Assembly (NCBI GenBank): GCA_965202585.1
Contig: CBDBBG010000121.1
Location: 1 to 64,000, forward strand
Origin: Thalia democratica
Lineage: Eukaryota
Length of the DNA stretch: 64,000 bases
Reading direction: 5' to 3'
Under the pieces are notes generated by a model. That model had not been told where the DNA came from, did no database searches, and was given only the letters and a program-made list of their open reading frames with translations. Position 1 is the stretch's first letter. Each line of letters starts with the position of its first letter. The position numbers were made by a program, and so were the translations under genes. Positions 24,801 to 36,800 of this stretch are shown in pieces.

Positions 24801-27800
24801 AATATCCCAAAGTCATGAAGCGTAAGAACAACTATCAATATGTTTAAACTTAGAATTTGTAGAATTTATGTTTGATAAAGTGAGAGTAGCAAAGTAGCAA
24901 AAAAACGTTTACTAAGTAAAACAGGAGTGATAGGTTGCTTATCTTTTAAAAGATAGTTTGAAAACTTATGTAAATGCTAAACAATGTTTTCTGAAAAAGC
25001 TGTTTTAAACAAAGTTTTTATTCAGCTAATCAAATAAATCTGCATTTTTTCAAACTGAATAAAATACACAATAGCTTTGTTAATAAAAAATATTAGTTTG
25101 TAAATACAATATTTATGTTTTAAAATGTCGGTAAAAATTAATTTATTTTAAATATAAAAAAAAAAAACCCTTACAATCTACGTTTATAAAGTAAAACTCA
25201 ACTATAAGTGACCTTTTTAAATTTTTTTTATTAAAAACGATTTTTGTTACAGCTATCTGTATACATGTTTTTGTTTTGACTGGAATAAAATACGACTTCT
25301 GTGTAATTTAAAATATTAGTTTGTAAATACAATATTTATGTTTTAAAATATCAGTAAAAATTAATTTATTTTAAATAACAAAAAAAAACCCTTACAATCT
25401 ACGTTCATAAAGTAAAACTCAACTATAAGTGACCTTTTTAAAAAAATTTTGTTAAAAATGATTTTTATTTTAGCTATCTATATACATGTTTTTGTTTTGA
25501 CTGGAATAAAATACGACTTCTGTGTAATTTTCATATTAATGGTAGAAGTTTAGACACTTATTAAGCTTCATCAACATTAAACAGGGATTTAAAAAGAAAA
25601 GATGCAATGTGGAGAGCGTGCTGCAAGAACAAAACTGCACTCAGTTGGAAGTTGTCAAGTCGGAAGCCAAAGGGGATTATTATAAAGGCGAATACCAGCG
25701 GTTTAACGCAAAATCTTCTCAGGTGGGTGAAATTTCGGAGATTTAAATTTTTCCACAAAGAGCAAATTATAAGCTCAGTTACAATAAATTATATGGTGTT
25801 AAGTAACAAACAGATGAAGTAATAACTATCTTTTATTAAAAAAATAAAATTTTTCAATTTGTTAAAATTTGTTTTTAAGCGAGTGTTAAAATAGAAAAAC
25901 AATTCAATCTAGTGTGTAAGAGTTTTTAAAGCATCTGTGTATTACTTAGAAATAAATTAAGTTTTAAAAAAAGATACCTTAGTTAAGGTTATGATTTGAA
26001 ATACTTATGCGTGCTTTTGTTAAAAGCAGAAAGTTTTAAAACCGACCGTCTTTTACGATAAAAATATGTGATAAATAAGAACATATCGTTGCAAAAACTT
26101 TATTTTAAGCTAAATATAAGTGGCTATCAAAATAAATTTTATGATAATTTGAACTTCAAAACCTATTTTTAGCACAAAATATTACCAGCATAATTGCTGT
26201 TCAGTTTTTATTCGCTCAAGCATAACGAAATTTACAGGTTATTAAAGGTTAAAACGCTTTGAAATAGCAATAATTTAACATAAACTAAATAAAAAACTTA
26301 AGCGTAATTTGTTTAAATTCGCAGCTTTATTTAGATTAAAACATAAACATAAACAAACTAAGTTGCAATCTAGGTAAATTAAAAGTTGTCAGAAGATACG
26401 CTAAACTAATTAATTAGATACAAAGTATTCTTACACGTGGAAATAATGTATACAAATATAATCAACATTCAATTATGACGTATAGCGATATCAGATAGTT
26501 TATCTTTGGAAAATGACGCAAGCTTACAAGCTCTCGAGATAGACAAAGTTGTTCTCTTTTTTGCACAGATAAAATTTATTTGTGATTGTTATGTATACAA
26601 GTTGATAACTGATTTATATAGTTCGAACAAGTTAAGTGATTGCTTATTCGTAATCGTTTTGCTCAATTCTTTTTATATGCAACCTTATTTAACAATAATT
26701 AGTCATTTTTCAGGGTTGAATCAATACAAAATAGTTGTGTAAAGTAGAAAAACTTTATTTAAAGAAATTTACTCTATATTTATTAATACTTTATCAGTTT
26801 GAGTTGACTTTCAAATTTAAATTTCAATGTAGAAATATAAACTAAACAAGTAAAAAAAAAACTTAAAGCTGATTTTTAAGAAAAAATGAAAAAAACAGTA
26901 AAAACGTTAGTATAAAACAGGTTTATACTCCAAAACCAAAATTCTTAAAAATCTTAATTTAAAACTAAAACATCTTAATTTGTGGTTACTTTGTTTAAAA
27001 AGTAGTACTTGATCTAGATAATATAAAAGATGAATTACTACTTCTACAAACATTAAACGAGTTTACTTTTTATTATTTCTGCTATAGGCGCAAAACACAA
27101 TTCTTTAAACTAGTTATAAATACTCGCCAGACAAGCGACAATAAAATCTTGATTGAAAAGTATAACCATACGATAATTAATCATAGCTTTATTATTTAAC
27201 TGTTTCATCTTTATCTTCAACAACTCCTTTTAATAGTTATATTTTTGATTTTTTTTGTTGTTATGTAAAAGTTTTTAGTTTTATATTTTACAACATTTAT
27301 AAATTGGTCTTGAGATGTATATGACTATTCTAAATATTCTTTTATATCAATGATAGTTATGGTTATACAAATGCTTCCATGAACTTATTGTTTTAAATAC
27401 AACATTGAAAATTTATGCAAGTTATCACCAATTTTAGGATAGTAATTTACCTTTATGGTTATTAAAGCTGTTAAAACTTTTATCTATTAGTAAAACATTA
27501 CGAAACTTGTAGCATTCTTTAGAAACAAAACTTGCAGTTAGTAGAGCTTTTAAAAACTTTTTTTAACTACCATCGATTAAACATTTAAAAAGTTAGCAAA
27601 AAATTTATTAGCTTCTAAATCAGTTGTTATACAGGTAAATGTACGCATCGGTGACACAGTACCATTTAAATTCTTAGTTAAAGAACCAGAAGTCTACCCC
27701 GTCGATTTGTACTACCTTATGGACCTTTCGTTCAGTATGAAGGACGATTTGAAAAATGTTAACAAACTCGCAATAAAAATTGGTTTGTTTTGTTTGAACT

Positions 27801-30800
27801 ATAAAAAAAGTAACAAAGTTTTATATTATTTTTGCACGCTGAGTTTTACAAAAATTATAACACTTTAAGTCAAACAAACAAAACAAAAGTTACTGTCTTA
27901 AAATAATTTTAAATGTATTTTTAAATAAAAAATATTTAATTAAGTTTTACAAAGAGTTTATAAGATTTTTAGTGATTTTTAAAACAAAAACTTTTTAAAT
28001 ATAGTATCAAATTTTTTCACTAATACTTCTTCAGTTGAAACACTTAAAATGCTGACATCTGGAGCCGACGGAACCGTCAGATTGGGATTCGGAACTTTTG
28101 TTGATAAAGTTCAAAGCCCCATGACACAAATGACACCTTACAAGTTCGTTGCATTATTAACACTATTAATTTAAAAACAAAATCAAGTTCTTTTGTTGAA
28201 ATAAAAAGTTAACATCAAATTATTTTCAAAGTTGTTCATATTACTCGAATTTAAAATTTTTATCAAAAAATTAGTTTTACTGATCTGCTGAAAATCAAAC
28301 AGACCTAAATATGACAATTACGGTGACTTAGGACTAAAATTTGGTTTACAGAGCTTGACACTTAAAAAAAACTATCGTTTGAAGCAATATGTAAGGTTTT
28401 CAACAAAACTCCAATTTCTTCATTTACAAATATTTTTCAGACTGCAGCACCCATACTTTAACGACACGGAGCCACCCTTCTTATACGAGAACAGGATAGG
28501 AATGACAGACAACATCACCCTGTTTCAGGAAGTCGTGGGTGACGTGAAAGTTTCAGGTAACCTCGATCCCCCAGAAGCCGCACTAGATGCCATGTTGCAG
28601 GTATGATTGATGTTTTGGTTGAAAACTTTTATAATTGCTACACTATAATAAAGATTGAGTTTGTAGCATCGTTATGAAACAGTTCCGTAGACTTCTTCTT
28701 AGGCTGTAATGTATTTTATAAGAACATTGTTGTCACACTATCTATACTTAACAACTAAAAAATCCTAAAATGTTGGTCGTTTTATAACTTACTTATAGTA
28801 ACAACTTTTTATTAATTCCACGCTTTAAGTAGTAAAAATAATTTAAACATAACTTTTATAACTCTAATTCAAACTCCATAATTTACCAGGTGGCGAAATG
28901 CAACGATCTGATTGGTTGGAAGGGTGAAGCTTTGAGGTTGATGCTGGTTGCCACGGAATCGGCTTATCACTACGGGGGTGACGGTATGGACAAGATGGCC
29001 GGGTTCACCAGGAGCAACGATGGTGAATGCCACACGGACAAGGAAAACGGAAAGTTAGTTTCTTATAAGGGGAATTAAATATGATTTTGATTTGTTTATA
29101 ATTTTCATACTTATAATTTACTTGAACTTTTATGGTTGTTTACTTCGATTTATTGGCTAGATAAAAGTTACTATGTTTAATGACATTTCAATCCTCTTTG
29201 ATTTTAAAACTGTGAAGTTATTTTAAGTTTGATAATAAAGAAAAAATCTTAACATTTATTTGTGCCTGTTATGAGCATTGTTGTTGAAATTGTGCCAACT
29301 TTCGATTTTTGAATGGTTTTAGGATTAATTAAATTTATCAAAAAAGTTATTTTATTAGTTATTTTTGTGATTTTAACACAATATAATTAATCAAAACTTT
29401 AAATACAAAAAATATCTTTTAAACTCTAACTTTTAAGAAAAAATTTAAACAAGTTTTAAGGTATTAATTTTACAGATATATGGACGATGGAACAATGGAC
29501 TACCCAACAATCACACAAGTAGTAGATGCAGTAGAAGAAAGCTCCATTACACCGGTATTTGCTATCGGAAGAACTTACGAAAACATGTACCAGGTTATAA
29601 GAACTTTTTTTTACTTATATTGTAGCATTATTACTTTTCACAGCTTTTAATACGATTATGAGCACCATGTAAGATTTTTAATGCTGGAGTTGTTTTATAC
29701 TCAAAGAACTTTTGTTTATTTTATTAATAAGACTACTGTACAAACCGAACGACTAAGATAATACAGTGTCCATCAATTGTTTATGACGCAGTAAATATTA
29801 AAACTTAATATTGCTAAAGTTTAGGTTCGTTATTTTTTTTTGTATGTGTTGATTCTATTTTTTGAATATTAGTAATAGAAGTTTTTAATCACCAACGTAG
29901 TGGAATTATTCTACAAAAAATTTTATTATTGTTTAATCAAATTCATAAAAAATCAAAGTTTTTTTAGTTGTTGTATAACATCTTTTATTTCACTTAAGCA
30001 ATTTTTGAATTTATTGAAAGTTATATGATTTATTTTTATTGTCTAAAATCTATTTAAATTTACAAAAAATAGTTTTCCATTAGTAGTAACTTGTTATTTG
30101 ATTGCCTTAATTTAAATATGTGCTTTGAGTTATAAAAAACTACATACTTTCACAGTTAGTTCACATTATGAGGCGAACATTTAAAGCTTAAACTGTCAAA
30201 TAAGACAAGTTAAAAACACTTTTCTTCATACATAAACCAATCTAACGCGCGTAAACAAAACAATTTCTACATCAATTTTATGAATGAAAATAAGCAAGCT
30301 CTGAGTCATTTTGAGATTTGTAAACAACAACTACAAAAAACAATTTAAAATCTCTGTCTCAAGTATCTAAGTATGTATCAACAAACTTAATTCAGTGCTT
30401 ACCAAAATCACAAACAGTTTTAAAATATTATAAAAGTTTGGTTTAAACCTATACAACTACTTTTATCTTAATAGTTGATGTTTTGAAAACTATATGCTAC
30501 TTAAGTTTGCTAAGCTAGTTTGGTGTTTATTCATTATTAACAATTTAGGTAACATTAATTAACAAATGTTCTAAAATTTAATGCGTTATTTTTCTAACAG
30601 CACGTCTCGAAGAATGTATTCAAAGGTTCAACATTCGGAGTATTAAAAAACGATTCAAGTAATATAGTAGACCTCGTTGAAAAGGCGTATCTAGATATTT
30701 CTGGTTCGTTTTAAATAAAACTCTTCAACTTTTATATGTATACTAACGTATTTGTTACAATTAAATAATAAGTTATTTTTTTTCAACAAAGTACCATAAA

Positions 30801-33800
30801 AAAATAGTTAAAGAACTAAATTTCTAAAATAAATTGTCTTTTTTAGTAGTGAGATAAGAATTTAACTATATCCTACTGATTAATTACATAATTTATGAGC
30901 AAAAGTAATTAAAAAAAACCTTATTGTAATACTTGCAAAAACAGGTCAGCAAGATCTTAGGACAGCCAATCCAAACGAAGATAACTTGTGTGTGTGGTAT
31001 GATGTACAGTTACCTTACAAAGACGTAAAAGATACATTGGAAGTTTCAAACGCTGTTGTCACAAAACTCAAGTCCGGTGACGAGGTAAGCGTGTTGTGAT
31101 AACGCAAAGGTGTTAGAGGTCTAACTAATCAGTTTAAACAGAGTTTTCATTGTTACTTTATTAAATGTGCTAAGCTTAGTTATCAAATGGTACATCAATC
31201 CTCTTTATAAAAAAGTATAGGTGACTTGAAAACATAGTTTAAATTTTTACGTTTTAAAATATATACAAGGTAAAATACGATATGAACATCAATGCGAACT
31301 TGGAAGCTTGCGATAAATCAGCTCTGAACTGTTCAGGAGGCGTCATCAGCCTGAAAACTAGGAAGTACGAGGAAACCTTACCTGTTGAAACCACCATACT
31401 GGCTGCATTCGGCTGCTCTGAATTTGTTGAAGTAATAAATTGAATACTTGATCACTTTACATTGTTGTTTTTGAAAACTAAGAATAACTATAAGTTAATT
31501 GTACATTAATTTCGAGGTAAAAATGTTGATATATTAACATAAGTGTTGTTAAATTTTGTATAATATTTAAAATATCAGAAAAAAAGATAACAGTTTTGCT
31601 TTGCTTATGTATTTAAAACCAAAGGTCTAATAAAAATTTTTTAAATTTACACAATATATCTATACATTTTTTAACATGCAGTGAAAAATTTTTTTTATAG
31701 GAAAACAGTGCAAAATGTAGTGGCAGAGGTAACTTCTCCTGTGGTATTTGTTTCTGCCCTACAGGCTGGCTCGGTATTGCATGCGAGAAAAGCACGATTC
31801 CTAAAGGATGCATTGGTCCTGACGGAAAAAAATGTTCAGGTTAGTTTTTGTAGATTTATAATTTTCTCATTAGTTAGTTTTAACTTGATAGTCATTTTGC
31901 CATAAAACATTATTTAAAAAACCTTTAAAGAGATACTTAATTCTGTGTTAAAATTGCGGGTATTTTTTTCTAAGCTTTGTAAGTTACGCTCGATCTCATT
32001 TATTAAAATTTAGTTTAGTGTTTAAACTTAGTAGTGTGAAACTTAAGTCTGGTTTTATGCTTAGTAAACTAATTTAATTTCAGTATAACAATGCGTTAAA
32101 AAAAAAATTTATTTTAAACTATATACATATGTTTATAAACCATTATATTTCAAAACATTTTTTTGAAAGTTTTTGGTAAAAAAAGTAAGTTTAATATCTA
32201 ATTTAACTTTTAGTGAAATAAAAACTTCATACCTTAGTCGTCTCTAATTATATTTTTATTTAGGGTGAGCTAAATGTTCAGAAATAACATATTTTTTAAA
32301 AAGTGCATTAATATAACTCTTGTTTAAAAAGATATGTAACTATGTTGGAAAAATATGATGTTAAAAACAAACATTAATCAGTTATTGTATTAAAAATTCT
32401 TATATTAGATACAAATGTTTGACATAATATAAAGTATTTACTTTCAGAGCGAGGCGATTGTTCACCGATAACGAACGAGTGTCAGTGTTTTCCCGGGTAC
32501 AACTATAATAAGGAGCGGATATACGGGGACTTCTGCGAGTGCGATGAGTGCCCGAAAAACGCGGGAGTCGTCTGTAGTGGACACGGAACGTAAGTTAAAC
32601 TTTCTTATTAATTTTAAGAGTAGTAATTACATTTTTTTTAAGTATACTTTTGTATACTTTATAGAGTTTGTTTTTATATTTTACAATACTGATGAGCTTG
32701 GTGTAAAAATAAATTCAAAATAGTTTGAGAGTTGCTAAAAAACATTTATCACTTTTCTGTACTTTTGTGCAAACAGTGATTTTCTGAAAATATGCGTATA
32801 TCAATTGATTTCTTTAATATATTGCCTAGTACCTTTCAGTTTTAGTTTTTATATAACAGTTAAGGTTATCTAATTTAATTAAAAGTTCATTGTTCATACA
32901 AAACCACCATCACTACGAAAAATTTATGCTTTACTAGTTTTATACAAAAGCTTCCACATTCAAACTGCTACAGTTTATTAAAACTTCACCTTTTTACAAT
33001 TCCAACCAAACAGGCCGACCAAGGTGAGAGAGTGCGGGTGCGAGTGCTTGTGCGACGAGGGTTGGGGCAGGATCGACTGCAGCTGCAGCATGTCGCGGCT
33101 CACGTGCACCTCTCCCGCGGGGGCCATCTGCAGCGGGAAGGGCGTCTGCAAGTGCGGGACCTGCAAGTGCGAGACCGGGTACACCGGGCCCTACTGTACC
33201 GAGTGCATAGAAGGACCTAACAATGTTAGTTGCTTGCAAATATTGTGAATATGTTTGGTTTTTAAATCGTTGTGTTTTAAGAAGTCAATAAAATATTAAT
33301 TTTGGCTGAACTTTTTTTTTTGTTCTTTTGTTTTGACTGTTTACAAGTTAATTTGAAAATAAAGGTGTTTGATTATATGTATAACAAATGAAAATAACAT
33401 TTAAAAACTTTATCTGCAACTTTTTAATGAATTGTAGATTTAAGCAAATGAAAATTTTACAACTTTTGTTTATTTTAATAACAAAATAAAAACTTTAACT
33501 GGCATCTAAAATATTTTAAGTTAAGTTACAAAAATTTATAAACTGGAATAGAACTCTTTAAACAAAGTTTAGACATAAAAAAATGTGTTTGTAGAGAACT
33601 TTTACAAAAAGTGTATCTAATCTATATATTCATACTCAAACGACAATATAATACAAACTGAAAAATATAAAGTGGTACAAAAGTTTTACAAAACCTAAGT
33701 TTTGTTTCACTTTAACCCAACTATGCTTTACACAGGAATGTCCAAGCTGTGACAAGTTTGAGAACTGCGTCAAATGCACCATGCACGGTACCGGACCTCT

Positions 33801-36800
33801 GCGAGAAAGCTGCGCGGAATCGTGCCCTCATCCCATACAAGCAGCAGATGTTTACTCACTCGACGACGGTTGGTCTGCAGAATAATTACTCATGCGTGCA
33901 ATAATCTATTTGAACTTGAAAGTTTACTTTGAACAAAAATGTGAACAAAAAGTTTTTTAACAACTAGCTAAACCAATTTTTTTTTATTTCAATTGAGTTA
34001 CCCAACAACGCATAAAACTTTAAACCAATATATAAACATATATTTTTTTAAACTAATATTTTGACATTGAATTTTGTAGAAGTACTTGACCGTGTGAAGA
34101 ATAATTAACTTCTTTTACGCTTTAGCATTCAATGAAATAAAATATCACCCGGAAATAAGGCACACGTTAACGAAGTGTAAAATTTATTATCAATTTGCAG
34201 AGGAAGCAGATAAAAGGGGTATGACGCTGTGCAGTAAAACTGACCCGCTTGACGACTGTGCTTTTTACTACGAGTTTGCCACCATCGGAGATGACGAGTA
34301 CACTATCATTGCTGAGAAAAATAAACGTTTGTATTATATGTATTTGGTTCTGTTTAGATTTGTTCAGTTTTGTAAATAATCGCATATACTAAAACAATTT
34401 TTGATAAAAGTGTTTTGACGTTAGAAATATGTTATAAACAGTAAAAAATAAAAAATTGTTTGTAAAGTTTTACGTGAAAAAGAATTCTTTTTGAAATGAA
34501 ACTTTTGTATTGTTTCGTTGTTTTTAAGACACGAAAAACTTAATAACAGATTAATTGAACTTTTGTTTAAATTGTAAACTTTAACGTTTTTACATTGCTT
34601 GACACAAAACCGATTTTTTTTTTATAAAAGCAATAAAATAAAGTTAACTCTAAAGTCCTTTTCTATTTAAACTAAAAATCTATTCAACAGTAATGTAAAC
34701 AAAACAAACCATTTTAAGACTTTGGAAATTTAAAGTTAAAATTTATTTAGATTAATTATTCTACTCTCTACTAAACATTCTTTTTTTTTTCGTCAAAATT
34801 TCATTTGAGCAATGTAGTTGTCAATAAACCAAGTAACTTACAAACAAAACATTCCCTTCAGGTTGCAGGAAATCATACTCCTTGTTGATAATCCTGTGGT
34901 GCGTCCTTCTCTTCCTCCTCATCGGGTTGATCCTCCTCTGCTGCTGGAGGTGCTGCGTGTACGTCATAGACAAGGAAAAGGAGAAAACGTTTTTGAAGGA
35001 GAACATTCCATTACCGACACTCATACCCCTCGTTCCTACTATTGGCGCAGGTTTATTTTTATTTATACAAATTTTAAATAAAAGCTTAACTAGTTAAAAA
35101 ATTTGTTTTAAATTTTTTCGGACATATTTAAAAAACCTTTTTCTTTTTTTTTTTAATGAACAACCACATTATTTTATTTACTACGTAAATAGTAATGTTT
35201 GAAATGTTGAATAGTAATGTTTGAAAAAGTCTTTTTAAATGTTATTTGTAAATATCTAGGAAGCGTGATTGAGTTCATCAAAGCCAAGTACCTGATGAGA
35301 AAGAGCGACAAGGTGGCAATCATCCCTGTAAGAAGAAGTTTTACTCGCGGGGAAACCCGGCTCAACTACCGCACTTACAAAGGTTTGGCGGGAAGTTGTA
35401 ATAACTTATTAATTTTTCAATATGTAAGCTAAAATCTAACTTTTACTAATAAGTAACTTATTACACTAGTTGTTTTGAATATTACCGGTTCATTTATCTT
35501 TAAATGTTTTATTGTTAACGATGTTTCAGTTGTTGTTGAGCTGATTATACTTTTGTTAACCTTTGCACTAGATATACATTTTTTTAATTTTACACTTATC
35601 AACATCGTTGAACATTAGTGCATTGGTATTGCTTTAAGTTTGTATTAATCAATTTCATCACAGGTTCTGCTGAAGACAACGATTTTGAAGTTTTGAGTCA
35701 AGGTGAGGAAGGAACCATGATCAGAAAACGAATCATGTCAAGAGAAAGGTTATTTGCTTTAAATGAAAGTATAAACTGTTTTCTTGTTTAATGCTGTATA
35801 GTTTTTAAATTCTAACTGTTAGACTAACAGTACGGAAAATAAGAATATGATAAAACCGAAAAAAAACTATTAGTTGATTCTATTATCATGATGCAATGAA
35901 ATTTTATCACCGTCTTAAAAAGGAGTGAAAAGATCTAACAAGGTTCCTATATTAAAAATTAATCATAACTAAAATTTATCAGTGCAAGCCAACAAGAGTC
36001 AGAACCTCTGTTGGGCGCCGGCCAAGTTCAAGAAGAGAGAATAAAGAAGGTTGAGACTGGAGTTACTCAGAGCGGAGTGCATTTCGAGGTCTTGGACGAA
36101 AACGACCAGAATCGTCCGTTAGTCCAAGACGATGAAGCTTTCCAGCAAGAGGAAATCAGCAGTTACGGAATGGGAGAAGTTGTGTGAGTGTTTGTTTTAA
36201 GAAAAAGTCATACTTATAACTATGTTTATAATCTAAGTTCAGGTTTACTTTAATTTAGCCTTTCTTTAAACGTTTACGGTAGTTTATATAGTTTGTGAAA
36301 AAATCTATTGTATTATTTTAATTTAAAATTTTTAACAATAATCTTGATTAATTTTTATCAGTTAGCACTTTTTCTGTAGTTTCAAAGACGGTGAGGAATA
36401 TGCAAATATCGAAATTCCCCTAATATACGATTTCGAAGGTAAGGAGGACGCCTTCTGGGTGGAACTTTACAATCAGGAGAGAGGAACAGCACTTGGACTG
36501 AAAAGAACTAAAGTTGTTGTTATCAAGGATGAAGGTTAGCATGTTTTATTGTTATTATTACAATTTTAATAGTAATAACTGTAAACTAATTTAATCTTTT
36601 TGACTTTAATATTTTTTAGACTTATGGTTTTATTTACTTTTAACTAAAGAAAATTGTATCTTAAGTATTCCTGTTGCAACCTAAACATAATAGAAATTAA
36701 GCAGTTGTATTCTACAATTGTTTTGATACCATAAAACTTAGAACCAAACAGACCACGGAATAATCGGATTCCCGAAACCCAGCTACGTGTTCAAAGAGAA

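Noticed and set aside
35051-35097. Read-through of the TM exon giving a short tail ([15 protein letters not shown])
   Set aside because: It has intron-like composition, no NPxY, and begins at a normal donor. There is no support without transcripts.
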